A DNA stretch of 64,000 nt from Octopus vulgaris (Eukaryota): positions 9,114,001 through 9,178,000 of the forward strand of contig OX597833.1 of NCBI GenBank assembly GCA_951406725.2, given 5' to 3'. A program made the position numbers and the translations under genes. A model generated the notes under the pieces. The model searched no databases. It was given only the letters and a program-made list of their open reading frames with translations, and was not told the DNA's origin. This document shows positions 28,514-41,760 of this stretch, piece after piece (position 1 is the stretch's first letter; every line of letters starts with the position of its first letter).

Positions 28514-29310
28514 CTGAGGAAAAAAAACAACAACAAGAATATAGAGAACAATTTATTCAGCATACAAACATAGACCCAGAGATACATACACACCAATAAA
28601 CACATATACATATATATGCACATAGATACATACATGCACACACACACATGCACGCACGCACTCAAAGACCAATTGAGTAATGTACCTATAATGACTACTG
28701 TAGGCTAAATAAAGAAAAATATGTAATGGCCATTATTTACACCTTGCTGTATATCTATAAAACCATTACAGAAGTCTGGTGCAGGCTTCTGCCTGGCCAG
28801 TTCTTGTGAAACCGTTCCACCCATGCCAGCATGGAAGGCAGATGATGATATACATATTCTTTTATTTGTTTCAGTCAATTGACTGCAGCCAAGCTGGAGC
28901 ACTGCCCTTAGTCAAACAAATCGACTCCAGGACTTATTCTTTGTAAGCCTAGTACTTATTTTATTGGTCTCTTTTGCTAAACTGCTAAGTTACAAGGACG
29001 TAAAGATACCAACATCGGTTGTCAAGCAATGGTGGAGGGACATAGACACACAAACATATGCATAAATATATATATATATACATACGATGGGCTTCTTTCA
29101 GTTTCCGTCTACCAAATTCACTCACAAGGCTTTGGTCAGCCCGAGGCTATAGTAGGAGACACTTGCCCAAGGTACTATGCAGTAGGACTACATATATCAT
29201 CATCGTCATTTAATATCTGCCTTCCATGCTGGTATGGGTGGGACGGTTTCACAAGAGCCAGCCTGGAAGAAGCCTACAATAATTTCTGTGACTGTCTCGT
29301 ATATATATAT

Positions 29311-29640
29311 TCAAGGGGGTACACAAAAATAACTGGAAACATTCTGTGGGACAAGCCTGTTGTAGTTCAAGCTTCTGCTTCTAGAAGCCACTTGATGCAT
29401 CCCTCAGGCATCAGTGTGCCAACCGGTGTTGTTGAGTAAAGTCATACTGCCAAGTGGTGTGTCTTTGTTTCTTTCCTGTTCGTTGATTTTTGTGATGGCT
29501 GAAATGAAGGAACAGCATGTTTCCATGAAATTCTGTTTTCTGCTGGGGAAAATGGCTGCTGAAACAGTTGTCATGCTTCAACCAGCTTAGAACACCAGTT
29601 TATGAGTGGTTTTCATACTTTAGAATGGTAACTTGTCACT
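29311..29640 (+). mobile_element. Mariner remnant (5' end and transposase N-terminus)
   Basis: MAEMKEQHVSMKFCFLLGKMAAETVVMLQ..YEWFS; starts right after a TA run. Confidence 0.7.
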
Positions 29641-31036
29641 TGGTTGGTATTAGGAAGGACATCCAGCTGTAAAAACCATGCCAAAACTGACCTTGCCTGC
29701 GCTGGTGCCACGTAAAAAGCACTCAGTCCAGTGGTTGGTGTTAAGAAGGGAATCCAGTCATAAAAACCATACCAAAACACACTGAAGCCAAGTGCAGACT
29801 TCTGCCTGGCCAGCTCCTGTCAAACCGTCCAACCCATGCCAGCATGGTAAAACAGACATTAAATGATGATGATGATGAAATATACGAAGCTAAGCATTAT
29901 GAAGTAGATGACAAAGGACCATGAAATCTGGTGCCTAGCTGTACCCAGAAAGACCCATTCACCACAGTAGAATTGATATCCTACAGCATCTTGGTTAATA
30001 CTTGTCTGTGAGGGGGCTCAGCCTCACACCCACCAGCGTCCTCTCTGCCCTGACAAACATCTACCTCCACCTTTCATCCCCTAACACCTGAAACCTCTCT
30101 ATCACCTGAGAGCAAAATAGGGGCATACCACATCCCTCGGCCTTCTTAGTTACCTCCTTCCCACACCTGAATCACTTATTGATATTTTCGATCTAATTTG
30201 AATTCTTTGCCATCAAATTTGAATTTTTCAGTTGGTGCTCAAGAGTTAAACTACACCAGCTGTAAGGGAATACATGTCTATCTTATGTAACTGGTCCAGT
30301 AGAGCCGACCAACTGATATCTGAAAAGTCCGATGAAATAACTCATGAACACTTCTACCAAAAGATGCTCCATTACGTCTACGGTCTGAACAAGGGGAGAT
30401 AATTGAAAAAGAATCATTCGTTTATTATCGCCCCTTGTTCAGGCCAGTCGTCGTAATGGAGCATCTTTTGGTAGAAGTGTTCATGAGTTATTTCATCGAA
30501 CTTTTCAGATATCGATTGGTGGGCTCTACTGAACCAGTTACATAAGATAGACATGTATTCCCTTACAGCTGATATAGTTTAACTCTTTTTTTTTTCAAAG
30601 CTTGAGCACCAATTGAAAAATTTAAATTTGATTGCAAAGAATCCAAACAAGATCGAAAACATCTACATCTTCCCTCACATACCGTCTCCACTAACCACCA
30701 CTTTCCCGTGCATTATCTCCCCTCTGTTGTTCTCCATCAGTTAACACCTCTCTTATCTGTTATCATCCTCAATACCCTCCCATATCTACCACAACTTCTG
30801 TCCCTGAGACTATATTTCACTCCATCATTTGCCTCAGCCACCTCTACCCTGCCTACCCACTCAGTCCAAACTTCTGCATCCCCCCCACTTATTCTTACCC
30901 CTCCCAGTGTCCCTTGAGGGTATAATATAGATATATCCTTGGTTATAAATGTTGGTGTTAGTTTGGACTAACATCAGTAGAAGAGCAATCACGAACCAAT
31001 GTGGTGCTACATTAAAAACCATTTAAAAGAACTCAC

Positions 31037-31145
31037 AAGAGGAAGTGTTCGTCCCAAAATGGACTGACAGTATTTCTGACGACTGTGGTCTCATATTTTT
31101 GGTAGGGGCTATCCATTATAATCACACAGAATGGGTCACCTGTTC
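31037..31145 (-). CDS. C2CD2L: C2CD2L-like exon E (C2), GTGDPFCVIIMD...SPFWDEHFL
   Basis: tttcag acceptor, TT|gtgagt donor, 109 nt, phase 1-2; classic C2 motifs DPF and PxWDExF. Confidence 0.93.
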
Positions 31146-32209
31146 CTGAAATTAAAAAAAAACAAAACACATTCATCATGAGCAAATAATAATCCTTTCT
31201 TCCATAGAAACAAGTCTTGACATTTTGGGAGAGCAGGCTAATCAATACCATCAACCCCAATGCAGAGCTGGTACTTATTTTACCAACCTGGAAAGAATGA
31301 ACGGCAAAGTCAACCTTGGTAGCATTTGAACTTAGTTTGTCATAAGTTGCAAGCATTTTGTCTGCTGTTCACAGCCTTAATAATAATGATAACGGTTTCA
31401 TATTTTGGCACAAGGCCAGCAATTTTAGGGGTTGGGGTAAATCAATTACATCAACCCCAAGTGCTCAACTGGTACTTGTTTTACTGACCTCAAAATCATG
31501 AAAGACAAATCCAACCTCAGTGCAACTTAAAGCCAGAGTATAATAAGTCAAGAGAAATGCTGCTAAGCATTCTGCCAGCTTGCTGCCTTAACAACAACAA
31601 CAACAACACTCCTTTCTATTATAGGCATAAAGTCTGAAATTTGGGTGGTAAAGGGGTACTTATTTCATTGACCTGGAAAGGATGAAAGGAAAAATTCAAC
31701 TAAGCAGCAGTTGAACTCAGAACATAATGATGGACAAAATGCTTAGACAAGTGCCACAAAAGTCTCTTGTTAACAATGTTTTAATGATGTTCATAGATTT
31801 TCTATGGTAAACTTTTGGCAGTGTGCGTTCTAGTTGTACGAAATTATACATCCAGTCAAGGTAGACTTTAGCTTCTATACATCAAGAGTCAATAAAACTG
31901 CTGGGTTCAATTTAATCAGTCACTTCCTTTGCCTGTCATCAACATCATTGTTGTTATCATGATGACGAATCACTGCTATTGTCATCAATGATAATAAGGG
32001 AGGCAGAGCTGATAGAATTAACGAATTAAAAGTGGTTATTTGTTATGTTTTTGAGATCAAATCTAGCCAAGAAAACATCAATCAGTGTTAAATTGGTAGA
32101 ATCACTTGAAATGACATTGCATGGAGATGTGGTGGTTTGCATCTAGTTTATATGCCACTGCCACCCAACCACACCCCTCCCCCATCATATTTTAGACTGA
32201 TTTACTTAC

Positions 32210-32357
32210 CAACATCTCTTCCTCCAAGACTTGTTGCTTTAATAATTTTCACAAACAACCGTTTGTCTCCAACTGCTCTTGGGGGTTTTGGAGGAGGAGC
32301 AGTCAGAGCCGGAACCCTTTTAAATGGTAATGTGGATTGTTGTGCCAGAGACGTACG
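32210..32357 (-). CDS. C2CD2L: C2CD2L-like exon D (start of C2), RTSLAQQ...KRLFVKIIKATSLGGRDV
   Basis: tttcag acceptor, G|gtaagt donor, 148 nt, phase 0-1. Confidence 0.9.
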
Positions 32358-33695
32358 CTGAAAAATAATAATAATATATAAACACACAAACATATACACA
32401 CATACAGATTGAATATAACATCTCCTGGATTGTATTATGGACTGCTTTTCTGGATGATGCTAGTGGAAAGATCTGCTATTTGTGCCTGGAAGAGATCATG
32501 GGAATTTTATCTTAGAAGAAATCAATCAATAAGCACTAAAATCATAAATTCAGGAAAACTTTCAAAAGATATAATCCTGCAAGTTTTGTATTGAATTCTT
32601 AATATTTTGATATTCTGTTCCAAATCATAGCATTTATACATAAGGTATACCCTTGGAAATTTTTGCATTACCTATGGAGATTACAACCTGAAGACTTTTT
32701 TGGAAGCTTGTAAGACAAAATACCCAAACTTAAACAGGCTGCAACCTTTAAGGATCATGAAAACATCTGTCTACAAGATGCTATAGTAATTGAACTCTTC
32801 TTTCTACATTTAATTATGATTGCAAAATCAATAACCAGTAAATATGAATGAGTCAATTGGAATACTTAAATCTGAGCAAATACACAAAAATTATCCATTT
32901 TTGTCTATTATTTTCCTTTTAAATCAATTTGCTTTAGTATGAAAGACAGGGCAAGCTAATGACAATATCCATGTGTATTTATCCTTTATGTGTGGCTGTG
33001 TCAATGAATATTGACTGCTATCATGTTGATTGATATTTAACCTCTAAATAGGTGAAATCTAAACCAAATGTCCAAACATTTACCTACATAACTGTTCAAA
33101 GAACTGTCTCTTAGAGAATCATAAAACACTGACATCTATTTAATGAAAAAAATGGCTATAAAATCTTCTTGTCAATATCAGGCTTGAAAACTAACTAATA
33201 ATTAATTAGCAAGCTGGAATAAATTTTTTTTTATCTCTTTGACCTTTAAATTCTTACAAATGATTCCATTTAAAATAAATTCCATCTTAAAGCTAAATTG
33301 TTTGATGTTTTAAATATTCTTCTGAAGAAATATTTTCTATTTTTTACCAACATTTTATTTTATTGTTATATATTTTTTGTTTCATCATTTTCTTGTAATT
33401 TTTATTAAATATAGTAAAAAAAAGTTTATTAAAAAGACATTTTTAACATCCAACTGATTTAGAAAAGTCTTCTATGTGAAAACCTAAAACAAATATTTCC
33501 ATTTATTGCAATCAACATTTTAGGAATTACTCCTTACCAAATACTTTTGTTTATCAGAATAGCATCACACTGGTGAAGAACACTTAACAATGGTACTGTT
33601 CATGGTGATGCTCTTTACATTTTTGAGATGAAATTTAAAGAATGATTTTAGAACCAAAACTATTGTAATTTTCAACTGAATTAACTTCGTAAATA

Positions 33696-34002
33696 CTAGC
33701 AGTATCACCTGGCGTTGCTCGGGTTTGTAAGGGAAATAACTATATAAGCATTTTTAGAGAGTTACTTCCCTTATATAATCCGAGCAAAAATCATTAAAAA
33801 TGCGGAAAAATGATGGTAAATTTTTTTTAAAACCGTAGACTCATCGTAGACGTGCGCTAATACCCAGAAGGGCTCGATATGAATCACGACTATAAGATAC
33901 CCACTTTTGGTTAAACGGCCCCGCAAAATGTGGGAGTAGTTAGGAATCTAAATCGGAGGAGACAGAGTCTCACACACACAACTTCAATTTTATATATAAA
34001 GA
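33696..34002 (-). mobile_element. Non-autonomous Helitron (307 bp)
   Basis: Minus strand reads A|TCTTTATATATA...CCCGAGCAACGCCAGG...CTAG|T: 5' TC, subterminal GC-rich hairpin, 3' CTAG, inserted between A and T with no TSD. Confidence 0.85.
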
Positions 34003-34201
34003 TTTCCTCTCAAACAATTTCATTTTAGTTTCAACTAGAAAATGGAACTTATTATAGTCTTGGACAGATAATCTTTACAGGCTTTCAGAACTTTCTGCAG
34101 AACAGATTTGAGAAGAACAAGTAAAGCTCTTTCTATACAGAATTTAGCTGACAACTTCTTTCCGAAGACCTTTGGAATATTAAATATAATATATGCTTTA
34201 C

Positions 34202-34242
<41 letters not shown>

Positions 34243-34244
34243 TC

Positions 34245-35570
34245 TTAGCTCTTAGATCCTCCAGTGTTTTCTGCACAACAGGTAACGAGCCTTCTCTGAA
34301 TCTCCAGACATCCTGATTGCTTGCCTTCTTCCTGACTCCACTTGGGCCAGATCCTTTTGCTTTCATGTTTTCCTGAAACATACATCTTCCTTGGTCTTCC
34401 CTTCAGTCTCTGGCATCCACTCCATCACAATGGTAACCTGTCTCTCCTGCCAGTAAACTCTATCTGCCTCTTAATCACCATTTCCTGCAAACTTCCCAGG
34501 CTCGTCTCATCACCTCTTTGTTTCTCACTCTTTCCTCGTAAGCAATACCCAGCATTGAATGTAGACAGCATTGAGGGAACATGTCCAGCAATTGAGAGAC
34601 CTTTGCTGTCTTCTTCCAGGTTTCACAGGAGTAGATGCCTGTTGGTATAACAAGAGCTGAGTACAGCTGAAGTTTTATCTTCTTACTGATGATTTTTGAT
34701 CTCCATATTGGACGAAGGTATTGGAATACTGATGTTGTTTCACCTATCCTGGTTAGCACTGACTTTTGCATCATACTACTTGAAACTATAGCTTCCAAGA
34801 CAGGCAACCTTATCAACGTTCTGTTTAGCCTTGTTTAGATGCAGGAGGACCTACAAGATGATCGAAAGCATGGAATGATGGTTCCATTACCCCCAAAAGA
34901 TAATCTGGTGAACTGTAACAGCTGGCATAGCATTACAGCTGTGTCCTGCTGAATAGATTAAAGAAGGAGATTGAAACTGTGTTGAGAGAGAAGCAGACAG
35001 GATTTTGGAGTGGCAGGTCTTGTGTGGGACAGATTTTCATGTTGTGGAATATAACTGAGCAAAGTAGAAAACATAGACTGCAGCTGTTTATTGATTTCAT
35101 TTTTTTTAAAGAAAGCATTTGACAGAATTCACCAAGATTCACTCTGGAATATTCTGAGAATCTAAGGAGTTCCAAGCAGATATATCAACATTTTTAAGTC
35201 TCTGAATAAAAACTCACAGTCTTGTGTGAAGAAGAGCAGTAGAACCAGAGATATATCCAAAATTGTTACTGGAGTGAAACAGGGTTGTATCTTGTCACCA
35301 TTTCTGTTCCTGATGCGAAGCAATGGATAGTTTTAGAATATCATGGGGAGTGAAAAGACAGATGGGCTTTGATTTTGTAGATGACTTGTCCTTATTAAGC
35401 TCCTATAGAGAAACACTACAGGCCATGACAGATGGCCTTTACAGTTAAGAGGTGAAAGCAGGATCGCAGATTAATGCTGAAAAGACCAAAGCCATGTCAA
35501 ATGGTGGTACCCAAGCAGAACTTGTCAGTCTTGGACAAGACAAAATCAAGTGCATTGACAAGTTTACATA
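34245..35570. mobile_element. RTE LINE with inverted 5' part (34801-35570 on plus, 34245-34800 on minus)
   Basis: Plus part: LREKQTGFWSGRSC..FIDF..KAFD..GVKQGCILSPFLF..FVDD..KTKAM..DKFTY. Minus part: LGS.IVSS..RIG..IWRSKIISKKIKLQLYSALVIPTGIYSCETW. Confidence 0.85.
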
Positions 35571-35929
35571 TATATATGCATGTATGCGGACATATACAAA
35601 CAGTTCTATTTTCCTGTTGCAACAAGAAAACGGATCTTAAAACATGAGTATATATAGAGAGAGGCTGTTTAATCATCATTAGCAGAAGTTACAGAATGAC
35701 TCAAGGGCCAATGGTTTATACCATCATCATCATCATCGTCTGCTTTCCATGCTGGCATGGGTTGGACGGTTTGACAGATGGCTGCACCAGGCTCCAATCT
35801 AATCTGGCAGAGTTTCTACAGCTGGATGCCCTTCCTAATGCCGACCACTCACACACACACACACACACATACATTGTTTATTTAAAGGGCATAATACATA
35901 TCTTTAAGAGCCTAAATCCAGTTGCAACC

Positions 35930-36700
35930 CAAGATCCTGTCTACTTGACCAACGATATATGATTTAATCTATCATATGTGAGGCAGAAGTTACTGCAATC
36001 CTAAATAATAATACAACAGAAAAGAAGACTTATATTATATGAAGGTGAATTTAAAAATTGCTCTGGCAATCACATAGCCCCCTTCCGACATAAGGGCAAA
36101 AGTAAAGCTACTAAGTTGGCTAGCTATGTATGGAATTTGAAAGATAACAAAACACCACATGTGATTAAATGCAAAGTAAATGAGAAATCCATACCTTTTG
36201 TGAATGTCTTATTTTCTTTCGTAGAAGAAATGAACCAATCAACAAAATTGCTGTTTGAAAATACCTCAAACTAAGATTGTTTGAAACCTTTTTCTATGGA
36301 AAAGAAAATCAAACTCATGGCTGTAAAACTTGCCACAACAGCTGTAGTTACAGAACAGTGAACAATGTTCTTTTTGGATGCATTTGTATACTGGAGATAT
36401 TTTCTAAGTTCACTTTGAATTTAACTCATTTCAGATTGCCTTGTACAACAGGAGCGATTGTCACCGTTGTATGGTGAATTCATCAATTAAAGATGTGATT
36501 TTCTCTATCCTATTTTTATTGTCTAATTCTCTGAATTTCTTCTAAAGGCTATTTGGATCTATTTGTCATAGATGAGGGGGTTACCTTGGATGTGTATTCA
36601 TCTTACAATTACTGGTTTCTGATTGTTGGATATAGTTAAACAAATTTGTTTAAAACTGAGTGCTTTATTTATATCTGCCTGGATTTTTTAATCCCTTTTC
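35930..36700 (+). mobile_element. Penelope-like element 3' remnant (GIY-YIG region and tail)
   Basis: EGEFKNCSGNHIAPFRHKGKSKATKLASYVWNLKDNKTPHVIK resembles the C-terminal half of PLE GIY-YIG endonucleases. Confidence 0.7.
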
Positions 36701-37399
36701 TCTTCTTGTATGTGTGTGTATACACACAAACACACACACACACATGTATATATGTATATATATACACACACATACACACTTAAAAGGTTGTTACTGCTCT
36801 AAAGTTTTAACGTGTTCTTCTTTTCGGACTTGTGAACTACTGACCAATACATACAAACATACATACATACAAATATTATTTATTAGCGATGGAAGCAACA
36901 TCAGTACCAAAAAGCAATCTTTATATTCAACTTAACATGGATGTTTTGTTAGAACACCTTAGCCTTGAGAGAACCTCTCATATAGTTGCTTGGTGCATTT
37001 GGACATAAAGATTACCTGATGTCACAGATCACCAGCAGGCTTATTTGTGACAGAAGCACTATTATAGTGCTTCTGTCACAAATAAGCCTGCTGGTGATCT
37101 GTGACATCAGTGTCTGAGTAGATATTCTATATATTGTAGCAGAGAAATTTGTTTTGGTATGTGGTGACCAAATGTCTCCTATTGATGGTGTCCAGTTGAC
37201 TAAAATAATGTGAATTATGGCACCCATAACAGGTGATTCTTGTGTCTGCTTTTATGCACCAAGTGCCTATATGAGAGGTTCTCTCAAGGCTATTAATGCA
37301 GTATTTAGTGTTCCAACAAGATATTCATGTTAAGTTGAGAGACTTGTAATTATAGAGGCATTAAATTACTGGACCATGTGATGAATATTACAGAGGGAG

Positions 37400-38690
37400 T
37401 TATAGCTCAATTAATTAGGAACAGAATAAGACTAGATGAAATGCAGATCAGCATTGTTAGCGGAGAGGTACCAAGAATGCTATTTTCATAGACAAGCAAC
37501 TGCAAAAGAAGTATTTAGCTAAGAACGAGTTGTTGTACTTGGCATTTGTTGATCTAGAGAAAGCCTTTGGCATAGTACCCCATTCTGTGATATGGCGGTG
37601 CCTGAGGTAGCCAGGGAGAGATGAATGGCTTGTGAAAGCAGTACAGGCCATATACAGGGATGCTGTTAGCAAAGAAAGAGTTGGCCATGGGTACAGTGAT
37701 GAATTTAGTGTACAGGTAGGTGTCCACCAAGAGTTGGTCCTCAACCCCCTCCTATTCATCATCATCCTCAAAACCATATCAGAGGAATCTAAGACTGGAA
37801 GCCCATGGGAACTACTATAGGCTGGTGATCTTGCCCTCAGCAGAGTCTGTAACAGAATTATAAAAGAAATTTCAGGTGTGGAACCAGAACCTGGAATCTA
37901 AGTCTTAAAATAAACTTAGCAAAGACTAAGGTCCGAGTAAGCAAAGAATTGGACAGGGCCCTTCACCCATCAGGGAAATGGTCCTGTAGTAAGGGTGTAG
38001 ACAGAAACTCCATTCAGTGTACCCAGTGCAAGCTATGGACACACAAGAGGTGCAGTAGATTAGTTAGAAGATTAACAGAGAAAGTAGTATTTGTATGTGG
38101 AAGATGTACGGAAGCCATAATGGCCATAAATACACAGGAGATTGATCTCCTTAAATGTCCCAGTGGCTCTCTGGAAGTTGTAGATAATTTCTGCTACCTG
38201 GGTGCCCTATTTAGCAGTAGAGGAGATTATACAGAAAGTGTAATCTCAAGAATAGTATGGAGAGAGTTCAGAGAGCTTTTACCTCTGTTGGCAACCAAAA
38301 GTCTCTCTCTCTCTGAGTGAACCTGCAATGCTGCGTGGGCCCTGAATGTGGAGGACATGTGAAGGCTGGAGTGGGACGAAGCTAGTATCTTTTACTGGAT
38401 GTGACATGTCTGTATGCATGTGCAAAAGAGCATGAGTGTATTGAAGAAGAAGTTAGGTATAAGAGGAATTATATGCAGTGTGCAAGAGAGGAGACTGCAC
38501 TGGTTTGGTCATGTGATGCAGATGGATGAGGATAGCTGGATAAAGAAGTGCCGATGGAAGAGGGAGACCCAGGAAGACAAGTTTTGAAGGCCAATCTCAA
38601 AATGCTAAACCTTATGAAGGAAATGACAGAGGACCGAGAAATGTGGTGCATTGCTGTATTTGAGAAGACCTGCCCACCACAACAGAATTG
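37400..38690 (+). mobile_element. RTE-type LINE remnant with a Cys/His-rich insert in the RT C-terminal region
   Basis: LAFVDLEKAF, VGVHQELVLNPLLF, PWELL*AGDL, KTKV, SIQCTQCKLWTHKRC..CGRC, VVDNFCYLG. Confidence 0.85.
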
Positions 38691-40734
38691 AGATCCTAAA
38701 AGCAAGGTACCATGTAAAAAGCACTGGTGCTGGTGCCACTTAAAAAAATTTGGTGATGGTGCCACAAAAAAGAACCTGATACACTCTGTGGAGTGGTTGG
38801 CATTAGGAAGGGCATCCAACTATAGAAACCAAGCCAAAATCAGACTATGGAACCTGATGTGGCCCCTAGTCTACCAGTTCCTGTTAAGCTGTCCAATCCA
38901 TGCCAGTATGGAAAGCAGAAATTAAATGATGATGATGATAATGATGATCACACACACACACACACACACACACAACTATTGTGGGCACAGAATACTAACC
39001 CAAATACTATGAATTCAAAATTCTGGTTTTCTAGTACAATACTCTCAGTTGATATGTGGTTTAATTTGCATCAAACCATTTTCACAGAAATCTCTGCTGC
39101 TTTCATAATCCATTTATGTACAAATATATATCAGTCAAAATGCAAGGAACAATTTTAAACTTTCTCCTGCTGTGCTCCCTATATTTGAGCATAGCACATC
39201 TACAACTACATTATTCAGTATGTCTTTTAAATTTTCCCACTGCAAGTTTGATTTGAGGAGATTTGACTCCTTCTTGATGGTCAAGTACCACATAGATGCC
39301 TGCCTATATCCAGTATACCTCCTGTATTGAACACCTTACTGTGTGGCCCTAGACCAGAGTGAGATTTCATTGCTGTTTCCAGCAAGTCAAGAGTCCATCA
39401 TTGGCTCCCAATGTTTCTCTTCCACTGATTTGTTTCAACTATCAGAGAATTACAGCCACATATTCTCCAAGGAACACTTTAGAAGCTGTTTAATTGGTTT
39501 CTGAGAATAGATTAAAGCAGCTGACCTCACAGTGATATACCTAATGTTAAAACAGATTGTAATTATTGAATTAACATTAAAACAAGGAGTTAACTCTGCA
39601 TAGATAACCCAACAGCTATTTTCTCCTCAGTAAAACCTAACTACCAAACCACAAAATGACTTGTATGTGTTTGTAGTTTTGGTGTGAAAATAACTGATTA
39701 GGGAATCTAAAATGACATTGATTAGAAAATTTCCTATGGGACCTCTAAATGGAATACATAGATTTAATATTAATTATGATGATGATTGGCATCGAATAAT
39801 TTCTAATCTTACATTCCAGCCATGGCCACCTTGTCTTGTCTACAACTATAAATGTTCAGTGTGTCTAAGATGGTAAGGTGTGACTTGAAAGTTATCTATT
39901 TATCTAGATCAGGACTATTGGTAAAGGACAAACTACTGTGTATAGTTGTCTTGAGGTTGCAAGCTCTAATTCCACTGAGGTAGACTTTGTTCTTATTCTT
40001 CTGGGGTCATTAAAATAAAGTAACAGTAAAATATTGGGATTAATTTGCCTAGCTGGCTTTGTAATATTAATAGAGCCAATGAAGGGGCCTGCATGTGCTT
40101 GCTTGACAAACTAGAAATAACAGCCAAATCTACTTCAAGTCACACCTTACCATCTTAGACACACTGAACATTTATACTTGTAGATAAGACAAGGTGGCCA
40201 TGGCTGGAATGTAGAATCAGAAATTATTTGGTGCCAATCATCATCATAATTAATATTAAATCTATGTATTCCATTTAGAGGCCCCATAGGAAATTTTCTA
40301 ATCAATGTCATTTTAGATTCCCTAATCAGTTATTTTCACACCAAAACTACAAACACATACAAGTCATTTTGTGGTTTGGTAGTTAGGTTTTACTGAGAAG
40401 ATTAAATAAGACTGAAACATGTCCTGAGTTATTTAACTTACCAAATGTCAGACACTTTCTCTCCCTCTCAGTCTATGTCAAAGTTCTCTCCCTTGCCCCT
40501 CTTGATAACAATTGCCATTAACCCAAATAACTTTTGTTCTCATTGTGAGTGTTAATTGTCATTGATTAAGAATTTGTTTTGGCTCCCTTTACTCAGTGTG
40601 TTTCATGAGCATTTAGCTACATATTTTTCATGCAGAAGACACTCTGAGGAAATTGACTTTCTTTCGGATTGTCAACTGTGATAAATTGAAATTATTAATT
40701 AAAATTATAGAGAAAATAATGATAATAACAAATC

Positions 40735-41425
40735 CAGCAAATTGTTTTTAGGAAGGGAAGAATTAGTTGCTTCCATTGACTCTGGTGCTCAACCGGATCT
40801 TATTTTATTGATTCCAAATGGGTGAAAGGCAAAGGAAACCTGGGCGAGATCGAAGCTGAGAATGTACAGAGCTGGAGGAAACGCCGCCACTAAGCATTTT
40901 GCCAAACATGCCAAGGATTCTACCACCTTGCCACTTTAATGGTGATGATGATGATGATGATGGTTTCAAATTTTTGCACAAAGCCAGCATTTTTTGGAGA
41001 AGTGGGTAAACCAGTTATAGCGACCACAGTGTTCATCTGATTTCATTGACCCCCAAAAGGAGGAAAGGTAAAGTCAGCCTCAGCAGAATTTGAACTCAGA
41101 ACAGAAATATGCCTGAAATGCTGCTAAGCATTTTGCCTAGCATTCTAATGGTTCTGCTAGCTTGCCTAAGTGATGATAATGATGGTGATGATGATGATGA
41201 TGATAATAATAATAATGATGATTTCGAGTTTTAGCACAAGGCTAGCAAGTCGATTACTCCAGTACTCAACTGGTACTTATCTTATCGACCCTGAAAGAAT
41301 GAAAAGCAAAGTTGACCCCTGATAGAATTTGAACTCAGAACGTGAAGATAGATGAAATACCATTAAGCAGTTTGACTGGTGCGCTAACAATTCTGCCAGC
41401 TCATCACCTTTAAATAATAATAATG

Positions 41426-41459
<34 letters not shown>

Positions 41460-41760
41460 CAATTTTTTTTTTTTTTACCTCAGCACAAAGTCAGTAATTG
41501 TTGGCCCTGGAGGAACAAAGAAAGCAAAACTGATCTTGGTGTGATTTGAACTCAGAACATAAAAAGTGAAAACAAATATTATAGATATTTTTCCAAGCAG
41601 TCTAATGATTCTGCTCATCCACCACAGATTGATTGGGGTGGGAAAGCTTACATTCTTTTAGAGTTGAAAGTTTGTATTATTAACCCTGGAAGGTAAAACA
41701 AAGCTCAGCAGAACTTGAACCCAGAATGTAAAGAACTGAACCAATGATTGCAAGGCTAAC
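40735..41760 (-). mobile_element. Cluster of 4-5 tandem tRNA-derived SINE copies; same family near 9442-9620, 13930-14128(+), 31250-31740, 47860-48010(+), 63427-63600(+)
   Basis: B-box-like GAGTTCAAAT followed by GTCAACTTTGCCTTTCATCCTTTCGGGGTCGATAAAATAAGTACCAG-like core (resembles Deu/Nin-domain SINEs from memory); (AAT)n or (GAT)n tails. Confidence 0.75.
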
